A DNA stretch of 64,000 bases from Octopus vulgaris. Taxonomy: Eukaryota. Below, piece by piece: positions 1 to 12,477 of the stretch; within the stretch, counting starts at the first letter, position 1; each line of letters starts with the position of its first letter. The stretch lies in contig OX597819.1 in the NCBI GenBank assembly GCA_951406725.2, positions 53,630,001-53,694,000 on the forward strand. The letters are read 5' to 3'. The position numbers and the translations under genes are program-made. Under the pieces are notes generated by a model. That model made no database searches and was not told the origin of the DNA. It was given only the letters and a program-made list of their open reading frames with translations.

Positions 1-1139
1 GCTACTTGTTCATTGACTGTTAATTCAAATTAATTACAGCTGTTTCATTGTGTTTTGGGGTATAGCTCTTTATACCCCAAGAATAGGTACCTTATCATTT
101 GAGAATGTTACCTGCTATAGACCAGTGTCTAGTTTTGGAAAACTTTATTTATCTGACACTATGCATCAACTAACTCCTAAATGTTCTTTTAGTCTTGCTC
201 AAATTCTGATGAAAATCCCTACTCAGTGAAAAGTAATGCTTCATAGCAATAAACAGAAACAGTTAATGCAACAATCTTGTACTGATTGAAATGAGTGGAG
301 TGTGTTCTGAGATGTGTATTGGGAACATGAGCAAATTGTTGAACACAAATTAGTTAAGAAAATATCTAGACATTAAAAGAAGTTAATGTATATAGGTGAA
401 GTAACTGATATAGGTATACGATGCAAATGGAAGACACATGCTAGGTTATAAAACAGGCAATGAGTTGATGTACTAAAGTTGTAGGTCAATGAAAATTTGG
501 TTAGTTAAAGGTCGTAAAAACAAACCATAAAAAGTTTGGCTGTGCAGATGTGATGACACAAGGTTATGAAACAAGTTGATAGATGTTCCATTGCAGATCT
601 ACTCTATTGCAACAAGAAGAAATAATGGTGAGAATAATATTTAGAATTATCTACTGAATGAAGAATGTCCTTCAGTTATTATCATCATAACATTGACCCG
701 ACTACTGCTGCCACCAAAACCTCCTCCTCCTCCACTATCGTTGTCATCATTAATGTCTCCATAATTGCTTCCTTCTTTCATTATCATCAATCATTATTGT
801 TAATCGCCATCATCATGAACAGTAAAGTTTTTATTTCATGTTGACATGCACCAAACAGTTCTCTCAGGTTACATGAGAAACTGTTTTAAATGTTGATATT
901 GGTTTTACTAGGTTGGTAATATCCTAGCTCTACAACCGGGTGTGGCAAGGAATGTGTGCTTCAGGTTACCATAAAAAGGGACCTCCTACCAAGAACAAAT
1001 GGCTTTAATGTTTCCAGCTGTCATCAATTATTGAATCTCTTCATTATATGAGTATATTGGTGTGCTATTCTGTCAAAACAACCACCCTATCTCCTGTTCT
1101 CTCCCTCATGGAAGAGGACTCTTTAACCTAGTGATTTAC

Positions 1140-1535
1140 AAGACAACCTCACTAGTGCTAGTGTCATGAAAAAAAGCAGTCTGTACACTCTTAAAGTGGC
1201 TGGCATTAGGAAGGGCATCTAGCTGTAGAAACCTTGCCAAAACACAACACTGGAGTGAGACATGGTCAGTCTTCTGACTTATTGGACTCTCACCCAGCTC
1301 ATGCCAGCATAGAAAGTGGATGTAAAAATTATATGCTGTAAAAACCTTGCCAAAACTGATATTGCTTGTGCCATGTAAAAAGCACTCAGTTCACTCTGCT
1401 GAGTGGTTGGTGTCAGGAAGGGCATCCAGCTGTAAAAGTCCTGCCAAAACAGACACAGAAGTCTGGTGCAGGCTTCTGCCTGGCCAACCATTCTACCCAT
1501 GCCAGCATGGAAGGTGGACATTAAATGATGATGGT
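1140..1535 (+). mobile_element. Two tandem 3' fragments of a SINE ending in a (GAT)n tail
   Basis: Block GTGGTTGG..AGGAAGGGCATCCAGCTGTA..CCATGCCAGCATGGAA..GGACATTAAATGATGATG occurs twice; related minus-strand copy at 40200-40470. Confidence 0.65.
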
Positions 1536-1820
1536 GATATATATCTCATAATATATCTCATAATATATAAAGCAAACTATTATACAAAGGAATCTATATT
1601 CTAATTCCACTTCAAGGTTGAAAGAGAATCCTTTCAATCATACAAAAATGATAGTTTTTTATGTGATTTCACTCTGTATCTTTTATTTATTTCTCTCCTT
1701 TCCTCTTTCTCTCATTTTAATAGTAATATGGTTGGATAGTTTTACAAATTAAGTGATTTTTTATAGGACTAGATAGAACAAGTCTGTTTTATAATGAAAG
1801 CTATAAATCTATATTTGCAG

Positions 1821-2089
1821 TTGCCTCCTGAAGTGAACCCTCCTTTGTCTATCCGTCTTCCATCGGAAGGAAGTCGGGAAACTGTACATTTAAGCTGTAC
1901 TACTTCTGGGCTGACAACGTCAGCAACAACATCAACAACAGTGCAAACTACGACTACTACTACTACCGCTGCCGCCTCCACCACCGCCACCACCACTACT
2001 ACCACCACTCCACCGCCACCTCCTCTTCCACCACCACCATTAGCAATTGCCGAACAAACAGCCATTGAAGCTACAGCTCAGTTTGCCAA
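1821..2089 (+). CDS. Internal exon (Thr/Pro-rich) of an RS-domain protein gene; upstream exons lie outside the window
   Basis: Acceptor tatttgcag|TTG, donor GCCAA|gttggt; reads LPPEVNPPLSIRLPSEG...AIEATAQFA and joins in frame (AA+A=Lys) to 5282. Confidence 0.8.
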
Positions 2090-2809
2090 GTTGGTATTTT
2101 CTTCTTTTTGCACCAGTTTTTAATGAGTAAAATGTCTGTAGTTGTCAGATACATTGAAGCACATTTTTGTTGATAAACATGTTTTGACATGAAAATCATT
2201 TAACTTTTTTTTTTTATTAAAGCATTAAAAATTATAAATGTCCTTGTTTATTATCATTAAAAGGGAAAAAATGTGCCGTATTACAAAGTTTTCTTTGGTT
2301 CTCCAACTTTTTGCATAAAATTGATTCCTGTCCATAATTGACTTTTCTTCATAGAATACACCAAAAAGTGGGAATGAAGAAAAAGTAATTTCTATGTAGT
2401 TAATTGCAATGTAGAAATTTCCCTCCTCCCCAAGCAAAATCTTTCATATATAAGAAAGGACCTTAATGTTATATTTAGATCTTAAGTATTTGGATAACAT
2501 GTCTTTTGTAATAAAGGTAAGATGATCTTGACAAGAGGTCAGCTGCCCCCATATTACAAGTCTGCTCAAGCACAGCTGACCTAGATTACCAAAGAACATA
2601 AAAGACAATATAAGAGATTAGTTAATCTTTTTGATACCCACCTACCAGAGACCACCCTTAGTTCTAGGATACAAATTGATTACCAAATTTCTTTTGAACA
2701 ACACTGGATTTGAAAATATTGAAGAATTAAGTAAAATAACTTTATCATTATTAAGCTGATATTTGGAACAAAAATCAACATGAAATTTTGATGGAAGGCT
2801 TTAATTTAA

Positions 2810-3014
2810 CCCTTTTGTTACCAACCCGGCTGAAACCGGCTCTGGCTCTAGTACAAATGTCTTTTCATAAATTTTGAATTAAAATCTTCCACCAAATCTT
2901 CATCACAGTTTATGTTCCTAACACCAGCTTAGTTATTTTATGAAATTTTTTGTTATATTTAAAATAATTGAAAGAAACAAAGAGCATCTCAAAATAAATA
3001 TGGTAACAAAAGTG
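2810..3014. mobile_element. TTAA-flanked (piggyBac-type) MITE nested in an older related MITE (~2623-3090)
   Basis: TTAA|CCCTTTTGTTACCA ... TGGTAACAAAAGTG|TTAA terminal inverted repeats. Confidence 0.65.
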
Positions 3015-5281
3015 TTAAATCACTTTAAAACATAAAGTTTATATCATTGAAACCAAGGGTGGTCTCAAATGTGTTGGTATCACAAAAGATATAGTGATCT
3101 ACATAAAAGCAGCTTAATAATGATTGTCATTTTACTAAATTTTTCCTTATTTTTAAAGACAATATATTTTAACAGAAATACGGTAATAAATGGGTTAAAT
3201 ATCCAGTTGTCGCAGAGAACTTCATTCAGCCTATAGTAACCTATAAGCACTTGGAGGAGAATTTGCTTTGGTTGAATTTAAAAACAATTTATTTCTGATA
3301 AGTAACTCTCAAGAATATACTGGGATCAATTTTCAAACATGGATTCAATCTCATGTGAAATTATATGGAATTCCAACATAGTCAACTAAAGCTTTCAATA
3401 AGGGAGCCTCTATATGGTTGCTCAACCTTCTAGAAATAACAACCCTCAAACTGCACCATACTATATTAAAGATTGAATGCATTGACTAATGTAGTCTTGG
3501 ATACCCTTTAAAATATGGGGTGGTCACAAATGGATTGCTTTCAATTGTAGGTAAGCTCTTCCAGGGTTGCCCTGCATCCGAATAGTAACAACAACTAAGC
3601 CATCATTAATTTCCAGGTAGTTTGGCACTGGACCACCAAGTCATTTTTTTCGTTCTTTTTCCTACACTTTTTAATTCATCTTAATTGTTTTGCATTTAAG
3701 ATAAATGATAAATTGGATTTATATTTTATTAATTGAAAAGTCAGATTGCTTTCATACAGCAATGTAGGTACAGAGATGAACTTCATTCTGGCTGTTTATA
3801 ATGTGTATAATCTATTTAATTTTCAGGTTTGTCTCTAATATCCTTGAGAAAGATATCAACATTACAAATTCATTTTTCTGTCATTAGAAATCTGCAGCCT
3901 TGTGTTAAACAATCAGTTTCATTGACCCTAAATAATTATGCGTGTTCTTTAATTGTTCAAATTATTGATTTACGATAAGACCAATTCCCAAAGATTTTCT
4001 TATTCATTTTTAGTTCAAGACCGTCTATATAGTTACTATTAAATAAATATTTGTTCTTTTCTTTGTATATTTATCTACTGATATGATTTAGGTCATGTGA
4101 GCTACAGTCATGCTTAAGTATAATTGAGAGCATTATGGTTTCTAAAGAATCATAATAACTTGTAAAGACTTGGCCTCTATCGTGGAATTTTATCAGAGGA
4201 AATGACTAGCTTTTGTCATTATTTGAAACATGCACCAACACGCTTTCTTTGTGTGTCTGTAGAAGCATGCATGTCAGCTATTGGTAGAATTTCAGTTAAA
4301 TATTATTAAGAATGACCACAGAAAGATATTCTCCCAGAAAACTATTAGAGTAACTTTGATTTTATTTTTGCAACAATTAATTTGAGATTTATTTAAATAC
4401 TCCATAATGACTAGCTGTCTATCTTAGTTTTATTTTTTTATATTATAAGCTGATGAAGGGTAGTAAATATGGAGAGGTTAATAGAATGACAGGCTTGATG
4501 TATGGTTGTATTTGATATGCATCTCTTGAATCTCAGTTCAAATATTAATGGGGTTGACTTGCCTTCCATCTTTTCAGAATTAATAAATAAGTAGGATAAA
4601 ATAAGATAGAAATTTGCCTTGATAAAGTGGTATACATAGTATAACAGTAGAATGCATTTACTATATATTTTATGGTCACAGGTTTGGAACATTGTGTTTC
4701 TTGGTTTAATTACATTAAATACAACTTTTTCAATCTCCAAAGTTGATAATATATTGGAGTTAAGTGAATCAATTATATTTCCTTTCTTGTACTTGATAGT
4801 GAAATTGTTATTGATTGGCACCAACTTTTAGTATAATTTTTTTCCAGTTTAGTTAAAATGCATTTATCTTTAAAAATGGTACTCGAAAAATTTAGAATAT
4901 AAAACTTCTTTTACATGAATTTATCAAAAATCAAAGTGGTCTGAGTTAGAATATCAGGTGAGCTAAGATAATAAAGTAGTTAGGAAATACCAATCTTTAA
5001 AGAACTGGTTCTTTTACAGACCTTTGTGTATATTGTTGAAATAAATATTTTTTACAGCTTATCATTCCTAAGCACTCAACTTGAAGTGGAGTGCTGCCAC
5101 TTGTCAGCTGAGGCAAACTAAAGCTGAGTAATGATTGCATCTTGCCTAAGGATATGTTGCAACAGCTGATCAGCTTTGATCAAATAATCAAATGGTCAAA
5201 TAGTCCAAACCTTTAGCTTTAAAATTTTAATATTTTTTAATTACTAATTTTGTTTTTATACTTTTCATTTGTTTTCTCTAG

Positions 5282-6148
5282 AATCAATTCTGCAGCATTA
5301 CTAGCAAACATCCCTACCCCACCTGATCCTGTAGGAGGTGTGAAATCTGTACCACTTCCACCTAGTTCCACAAACACTGTAGCTTCTGTTTCCATTGACT
5401 CTTTGACTGCAGTTCCATCAATGACAGATAAATGTGCACAGAACATCTTCTCTTCCACTTTGAAACTTTCTGACACTAGCAGTTCTGTTTTGGCCAAAGC
5501 TGTAATCACAACACCTGCTGTAGCAGTCAGTTCTGAGACAGACCAGAAAGCAGTCGTTGATGAAGCAGTGATATCCATTAACTCAGATGAAGTTACAAAA
5601 GAGAGCATTGAATTGTCTGATGTCCCTGTGCCTTTACCTTCAGATACAAAAGCAGGTGATCTTAAGATGCAACCACCCTCGATCTCTGAAATAACCAAGG
5701 CTGTAGTTGAGAAAGACAATGCTGAAAAGAGTGGCAAAAAAGAAATTGATGTGATTAGCATCCCTTCTAAGAGCACTGAAGATAATGAAAAACATCATTC
5801 AACTCTGTCTTCATCCAAACAGTCATACACGCGGGATTCAAGTCCTTCGCCAAAGAAGTCATCGGGCAGACGGCATACCAGTCACAACAGTAGCAAATCG
5901 AGAAGCCATTCACGGTCTCCAAAGCGCTACTTCAGGTCACCCAGCCGAAATTCTCCAGTGCGTGGTGGACGTTGGAACCATTCACCGACATCATACTCTT
6001 TAAACAGGTATTCACGTTCGTCGTCCTCTCGAGGAATCCGATCATCAAGAAAGTATACTTCACCTCGTTCATCACGACCTTATATGAGGACCAGTAACTA
6101 CTCGCCCCCTAGATGGAAGCAACGTAGATCAACACGCTCTAGGAGTCG
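5282..6148 (+). CDS. 867-nt exon of the RS-domain protein gene (low-complexity linker, then start of the RS/SP repeats)
   Basis: Polypyrimidine acceptor ttttctctag|A, donor CG|gtgtgt; open frame INSAALLANIP...SKSRSHSRSPKR...RSRS. Confidence 0.9.
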
Positions 6149-6275
6149 GTGTGTAAACAGTTTCTATTTTTTGCACGCTTCTTTGGAATTAATATTTTTA
6201 TCATATTCAGTAATGTGAGAAGTCTTTATGAAGTGGGTTTTGCTTTTTCTAAATTTTGATGTTTCCTCTTTCTAG

Positions 6276-6356
6276 GGGTCCTCCTTATCGTCATAGATCC
6301 CCAATATCATCATCAACTTCTAAGTATAAGCGCAGCCCTTCTAGAGACACTTCTAA
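6276..6356 (+). CDS. 81-nt RS-rich exon
   Basis: cctctttctag|G ... AA|gtaagt; in frame (R)GPPYRHRSPISSSTSKYKRSPSRDTS(K). Confidence 0.88.
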
Positions 6357-6384
6357 GTAAGTTAAGTTTTCATATTTTAAATCC

Positions 6385-6746
6385 TATGTCTTTTACTTGT
6401 TTCAGTCATTGGACTGCAGCCATACAGCCTGAACGGTTTTAGTTGAACAATTTAATCCTGGTACTTTTTTTTTTTTTTAAGTCTGATACTTATTCTATTG
6501 GTTTCTCTTGCTGGACTGCTATGTTATGGGAAGATAAACAAACCAACACCAGTTGTTAAAAAATGGGGAGTGGCACATAAACACAGACACAAAGACACAT
6601 ATACAACAGACTTTTAAACAGTTTACACTTACCAAATTCACACACAAGGCATTGATTTATCTGGGGCTATACTAGAAGATACTTGCCCAAGGTGCTATGC
6701 AGTGGGATTGAACCCAAAACCATGTGGTCGCAAAGCAAACTTCTTA
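6385..6746 (-). mobile_element. Major tRNA-derived SINE (family A, CORE-like central domain), decayed
   Basis: Colinear with better preserved copies at 21144 and 44078. Confidence 0.8.
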
Positions 6747-7239
6747 TGTAACTTTTATAAACTATCATTTGTATGGGGGTCCACAAAAAGCTCAATCTCA
6801 TAAACTATCTGGTTTAGGTAGCACTTAAAAAGCTTTCAACAATTAGAACTTTACTCATCATTCCCCCACCTCACCTACCACACTTTCATGTTTAATTTTG
6901 ATATTTCAACAGATTGTCCTATACCAGAAAACCTGTTCTTTTAATAAAATACTCTACTTGTTAATTCTTCAATGATCACTCATAAATCAACATGGTTTCT
7001 AATGCTTTATTCACTTTATTCACGGCTAACATAAAATACAGCAGTTTACAAGGTTAACTTGAAAAAGGCAGGATTATGATTTCAGGGTTGTTGAAAGACG
7101 CTTAAGCTCTAAATTTTGAACCTGTGTAACTTTCCACAGTCAATTTGCTTACTTGAACTTTACATTAGATCAAATCCAGGGAATCTCTGTTATGAATCAA
7201 TTTCCAAATATGAAATTCTTTTTACCCTTTTAAACGACG

Positions 7240-7363
7240 ATGATATGTGCTGCTGTGCGATAAGAAGCTTGTTTCTCAACCACATGGTTCTGGATACAGT
7301 ACTTCTGCATGGTACCTTGGGCAAGTGTTTTCTACTATTGCATCAGGCCAACCAAAGCCTGAA

Positions 7364-7409
<46 letters not shown>

Positions 7410-7640
7410 GTGTGTGTGTCTTTGTATTTGCATGGCCATCATTGCTTGACAACTGGTGTTGGTGTTTTCACATTTCCATAACTTAGCAATTCAGCAAAGA
7501 GGCCGATAGAATAAGTACTAGGCTTAAAAATAAGTCCTGGGGTCAAATTATTTGACAAAAAACACTTCAAGGCAGTACTCCAGCATGGCTGCAGTCAATG
7601 ACTGTGAAATAAGTAAAAAAAAAAAAAAAAAAGAAAAGAT
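7240..7640 (+). mobile_element. SINE family A
   Basis: tRNA-like head, CCTTGGGCAAGTG core, internal (TA)n, A-rich tail. Confidence 0.8.
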
Positions 7641-7794
7641 AAACGTGTGTATATGTATATATATTTATATGTATACTAATTCATTTTAATATTTATTTTT
7701 GCATTTAAAAAAAATGACCTAGACATGTTTTATGTTAACATCAAATCATTTTAAATAGAAAATCTGATTTATTGAAAATTGTATATTTGTGAAG

Positions 7795-7842
7795 GAATCG
7801 TCGCAGGCGAGATTCTCCCAGGCGTAGTAATTCTCGAAGACG
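7795..7842 (+). CDS. 48-nt RS-rich exon
   Basis: tttgtgaag|G ... CG|gtaagt; in frame (K)NRRRRDSPRRSNSRR(R). Confidence 0.85.
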
Positions 7843-8034
7843 GTAAGTTTTTAATTTCATCTTTATTACATTCAAGTAAAAAAAATGAAGAAAAAAAACC
7901 CCCAAATGTTATTGGGTCACCTGCCTTTTGTCCTTCTGGAGTTAATAAAATTAGTACCAGTCTAGTAATAAAGACACTTCAGTTCATACATATATGTATG
8001 AACTTGTGATTGTAAGCCGAATACTCTAACAACT

Positions 8035-8191
8035 AATGGCCGTGTGGTAAGTATCTTCCTTACCAACCACATGGTTCTGGGTTCAGTCCCACTGTTTGGT
8101 ATCTTGGGCAAGTGTCTTCTTTTATAGCTTTGGGCTGACCAAAGCCTTGTGAGTGGATTTGGTAGACGGAAACTGAAAGAAGCCCGTCATA

Positions 8192-8226
<35 letters not shown>

Positions 8227-8420
8227 GTGTGCTTGTGTGTCTGTGTTCCCCCATTATCACTTGACAACCAATGCTGGTGTGTTCACGTCCCTGTAACTTA
8301 GCGGTTCGGCATAAGAGACCAATAGTATAAGCAAAGAGTAATCTCTGGGGTCATTTTGTTTGACTAAAGGTGATGCTCCAGCATGGCCACAGTCAAATGA
8401 CTAAAACAAATAAAAGAATA
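8035..8420 (+). mobile_element. SINE family A, CpG-decayed
   Basis: Full colinearity with the family, including GTAGACGGAAACTGAAAGAAGCCCGTC. Confidence 0.9.
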
Positions 8421-8705
8421 TGATTGTAAGGTTGTGAGTTCAATTCCTGGCAACGGGTTGTGTTCTTGAACAAGACACTTTATTTCACATTTCTCCAGTC
8501 TACCCAGCTGGCAGAAATGAAGTCCCTATACCTCAAAGGGCCAGCCTTGTCACATTTTGTGTCATGCTGAATCTCCCTGAGAACTATGTTACGGCTACAT
8601 GTGTTTGTGGAGTACTCAGCCACTTGCATGTTAATTTTGTGAGAAGGTTGTTCCATTGATCAGATCAATTGGAACCCTTGTCGTCATAACTGACAGAGTG
8701 CCCAG
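8421..8705 (+). mobile_element. tRNA-derived SINE family B, 5' truncated
   Basis: Matches the copies at 23365 and 55017. Confidence 0.8.
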
Positions 8706-9248
8706 AAATATATATGTCTTGCCCAAAATTTCTGATCCTTTTAGAAATGAAAATTATTTCCTCATAAAAACAAATGAACTTGTTTTAAACCTATAAATTT
8801 TGAAAATTTCTCGGCATTATCTTTTTGGTGTAAATGCTACAATATTTTGTGTTGTTAAATAAGATATGTTTATATTCTAGTTTCTTTAAATTTGTTCTTT
8901 TCTTACCATCTGACTTCTAATAATAAAGATAGAATTAAATCCCTTAGCTGATCTACAAAACAAAATGTACCTTTGTGCTACATATAATTTACAATTTATA
9001 TTGTAAAATATGAAGTAGTCTGTAAATCACTAATTCTTTACTATCATTTGTATATCAGGTTGACATGTTTGATAAGTTATATTTTTGCATCTGAATTTAT
9101 TGCAGGGTGTCATTCTTGTAAAAAAAAAAAATGATTATAATTTTTGTTCATTCATTTTCACATTTCTTTTGAAATTGATTAGTTTCACCCTAGCTTTTTA
9201 ATAAATTGCAAAATTTATTTCCTTTATTTATATATTTGTGGCTCACAG

Positions 9249-9465
9249 TTCAAGTCCTTCACGAAGTCGGTCATCCAGCCATCGGCGCTCCTACTCACGA
9301 AGCAGCTCTCGCAACCAACAACGGCGAAACACTCGGGACCGCCGTAGTAGCAGCAGCAGTCGTCAGCGCCGTCGAAGCAGTAGAAGGAGCGGAAGAAGAT
9401 TGAGTGGTCGCAAGAGAAAGAGCAGTAGTTCCAGTCGCAGTCGCAGTTGGTCATCAAGTGATTGA
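9249..9465 (+). CDS. Terminal coding exon (RS domain) of an SR-related nuclear protein
   Basis: gctcacag|T completes Arg; SSPSRSRSSSHRRSYSRSSSR...RSRSWSSSD then TGA. Confidence 0.9.
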
Positions 9466-9580
9466 AGAATGGTTTCAATGGAACTGCCTACCATTGTAGT
9501 ATCCTGTTGATAGTACTTGTAACTTCAATATACTATCTGGCTTGCACATTACAAAGGGTGTATGGAAATTCTCATTGAAA

Positions 9581-9586
9581 AATAAA
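9581..9586 (+). promoter_or_regulatory. Probable polyadenylation signal
   Basis: AATAAA ~115 nt after the stop, followed by T-rich sequence. Confidence 0.6.
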
Positions 9587-9734
9587 ACTTTATGTTTATT
9601 ATTATACTAAAACATTTGGTAGTTTTCTTATTTCTTCCTACTTCTTCAGCTCAAATTAATTCCTTTAGTTATTTTAATTCTTAATTCAGGTAAGCGTATC
9701 TACTTAGACTGAATGTATACAAATGCTAAATCAG

Positions 9735-10120
9735 CATGTATATGACAAGCTTTCTTCAGTTTCTCTTTACAAATCCACTCACATGGCTTTGGTTGGCCCA
9801 TGGTTTATAGTCGAAAACACTTATTCAAATAAAATACCATTCAGTGGGACTGAACCCAAAACCATGTGGTTGGGAAGAAAACTACACAGTTATTCCTGTG
9901 CACCAATACACACAGCTAGGCATGTGCCTATTCATACAGTCATGCATGTACCTATACATGGCCATTCCTCCACTTATGCTCAAGGTCATGTCTGCATCTA
10001 TACACGGCTGTGTCTGCATCTATACACAGCTATGCATGTGCCTTTACACAACCATGCTTGTACTTATATATAACCATGTCTGCATGCCAGTACACAGCCA
10101 AGCTTTGGCCTACACATGAC
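9735..10120 (-). repeat. Partial SINE A followed by a 22-24 bp minisatellite derived from its 5' end
   Basis: About 10 units like ATACACAGCTATGCATGTGCCT, resembling the SINE end CACACAGCCACTCCTGCGCCT. Confidence 0.65.
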
Positions 10121-10782
10121 TGTGTTTGTGATTTACACGATGTTGAAAAATTATCTTGTATGAGCTACATGAGTTCATCCTTTTACTTGTTGATTTTTTT
10201 AATTTATTTATCAGTAATACATGTATAATGCACCTTAAGTACAACTATTTTCCTGATATATTTAAGCTTTGAAAGTCCCTGCTACTTGCCCATATTATTG
10301 GCTCAGTACTCATACCATACAGACAAGATACTTCAGCTACTAACACTCATTGACACTCTACAAAGGTCAGGTGAGGCCCTCAGTGGAGTATTGTACCCCC
10401 AAATAGGGCTCAGTGCTGCTCTTACATACAAAGATATCCAAGACCATATCCAGAAAAGGACCTCTTAACTGACTGGCATAAAATCACTCAGAGATGTACT
10501 CCAGCTTGTAATCCACAGCTTTGCATGTCTCCTGCCTCTGCTGTTGCTACCATATTGGCCTCTACTTGCACCACCTCTACTTGGGCATTCTTGACCCACT
10601 TGTTTTTATTTATCATGCTATCCTTGTTGTGTTCAAATATTCAGGCCCAGCACTGACCACCACACTCAATCCTTTCCTAGAATGTTGGAACTCTCACACT
10701 GCATGTATTTTTTCTGTAAGTGTTGGCTAAAGTCACGGACATTTCTTCTTCCAGACCTAGCAACTAAAAGGAAAAATACTAA

Positions 10783-11170
10783 TCTATATGTTTTAGATGA
10801 GGAATTATGTACATTATTTACAATTGTCAGATAGGTGTCCTCACCTTGTTTGTTGTTACCACAACGTTTCGGCTGATGTTCTCTATAGCCCTCATCAGGT
10901 GTTCTGGTGGAATTTTGAACCTAACCCTTTATTTGACTAATGGAGTACTCTGTTCTCCTTCCCAATATATTCTTTTTGCTGATGATTATTTCCCAAGTCC
11001 CTGCCTGGGTTTGAACTCAAAATCCAAGGATTAGTAGCTTTTTGCTCGTCAGCAAAAAAGAATACCTTAGGAATGAGAACAGTACCCCATTAGTCAAATA
11101 AAGGGTTGGGTTCGAAATTCCACCAGAACACCTGGAGACGTGGAAACAACAAACAATTTCAAATAAAACG
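10783..11170 (-). mobile_element. tRNA-headed short element with a hammerhead-like motif and an inverted partial duplication
   Basis: Minus strand: B-box-like GAGTTCAAACCC, then GAACAC-CTGATGA-G-GGCT..AGCC-GAAA-C-GTT-GTG; inverted arms 10896-10985 and 11046-11134. Confidence 0.7.
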
Positions 11171-11519
11171 AAAAATGTATGTAATGTGTGTGTGTGTATG
11201 TCAATCCACAAAGGATGAACAGCCTTAAATGAGTTTTCAACCTTTATTGGAGTTTTTGGTAAAGGTGTCTACATCATTTGACCAATCCCAGAGAAACAAG
11301 TAGATAATCTATTTATATGCACATCAAACCTGGTAGCTTCAAAGAACTGGAGCTTCTTATTTGCACATTATAAGTGTTTAACGCTTTTGAAGCCAATGCT
11401 TCACTGCATTGTTAGACTTGAGTTTCCTGTTTCAATTCTTACATGAATAAGTACGTTTTTTAACCCTGGTCTGAGCAAAGTCAGGTGAGTGAATTTATAT
11501 ATATATATATGTATGTATA

Positions 11520-12335
11520 CAGTACCGTGCAAAAGTCCTCGGCCACTTTAAACTATTGTAAATTTCTATCTATTGCCAACTTATAAGTGGATGTTTCGCA
11601 TTGCGTTTTTTACAGATAAAACATTAGCCCTGTTGAAGTCAGTTTCCACACTTAATCATTGTTTTGTAGTAGGGGTTCTGAATGACAGGGAAGATGACAA
11701 ATTCTCATTTATTAGAAAGCGAAATGATTCACCTTACACGCCGAAAACTGAAGGTTGGAGGTAAGAGCGATGCTTTGGGGATACATAAAAAGCGATGGTT
11801 CCAGAAAGTTGGTTAAAATTGACGGTAACTTGAATAGTGCCTAACACATCCAGTTGCTGAAGGACAATTTGATACCGGACTTGGGATGAAGGTGAGATCT
11901 TTCAACACGACGGGGATCCATGTCACAGATCGCGTGCAACACAACAGAGAGTCTGACTGATGAAAGAAAGTGTTACCGTATTGGAAAGATTGGCCAGCTC
12001 AGAGCCCTGACGTAAATATCATCGAGCAAATGTGGACAGAACTAAAGAGGAGTCCGTCAGAAGAATCCACGCAATTTTGAACAGTTGTGGGAGCTTAGCC
12101 ACAGAGAATGGTATCTCATACCTGTGAAGATGGCGAAGGATTTGTACGCATCTCTTCTCAGACGCATTGAAGCAATTATTTAAGCTAGGGGGAAGCCACA
12201 CGAAATATTAACAATGTACAGTAACTTCTTAAAATGAACATTATGGAATAAATTTTCATTATAGACATTTTCCTCTTTTAAAACACGGTTTCTTGATAGG
12301 TTTATGTGAGGTGGCCGAAAACTTTTGCACGGCCA
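11520..12335 (+). mobile_element. Decayed, internally deleted Tc1 (DD34E-type) transposon
   Basis: TA|CAGTACCGTGCAAAAGTCCTCGGCCAC ... GTGGCCGAAAACTTTTGCACGG TIRs; broken frames give IFQHDGDPCH and WPAQSPDVNIIEQMW. Confidence 0.85.
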
Positions 12336-12477
12336 TTTTTGGTGGTCGTCTCACATCTTCCCCTCTTATTCACAACCACTACTACAAAATGTAATGATTA
12401 GGTATGGAAATGACTCCAACAGGGCAAATGTTTCATCTGTAAAAAACGCAATGCGAAACCTCCATATATATATATAT

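Noticed and set aside
5237-5776. 179-aa minus-strand ORF
   Set aside because: Antisense shadow of the real + strand exon
10270-10760. GC-richer segment with short ORFs and a minus-strand acceptor
   Set aside because: Stops in all frames and no recognisable motif; probably a decayed retroelement
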